From IMG/VR virus record IMGVR_UViG_3300036781_000418, positions 186,001 through 250,000 of that record: a stretch of DNA of 64,000 nucleotides; one strand, 5' to 3'. Below the pieces are notes generated by a model. The model was not told where the DNA came from and made no database searches. It worked only from the letters and a program-made list of their open reading frames with translations. Below, one piece after another: positions 63,990 to 64,000 of this stretch. The position numbers and the translations under genes were made by a program. Positions within the stretch are counted from its first letter, which is position 1; every line of letters starts with the position of its first letter.

Positions 63990-64000
63990 GCTTTAACCCA

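Overview
This window looks like an accessory and translation-control region of a large lytic dsDNA phage. It has dense, mostly + strand genes, T4-late-like TAAATA promoters, a large tRNA array and no host housekeeping synteny. Two PEP-CTERM genes suggest a Betaproteobacterial host (inference). Recognisable genes include an NAD salvage pair (NadM-Nudix and NadV) enclosing a vWA plus PurA-like cassette, a double-AAA+ MoxR-like ATPase with a vWA-metallopeptidase partner, a CCA-adding enzyme, HAD/HD/metallo-phosphatases, HNH nucleases, a C1 peptidase and a glycosyltransferase. The main signals, none visible in the ORF track, are: (1) an apparent UGA-readthrough switch, in which two tandem UCA-anticodon tRNAs sit near a Pth2-like peptidyl-tRNA hydrolase gene and an HD-hydrolase gene, each with an in-frame TGA at codon 4 or 5 in the identical context TCG-TGA-GTC-ACT-C; (2) a circularly permuted two-piece tmRNA in the same neighbourhood; (3) nine structured RNAs in the tRNA array that share a covarying stem (AACCG-N9-GGTTATC paired with YTTT(N)GTT), resemble Y RNA/YrlA Ro60-binding modules and are joined to tRNA parts in several topologies; (4) a hammerhead ribozyme and several non-canonical tRNAs. 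All calls are from manual motif reading; no database searches were run.
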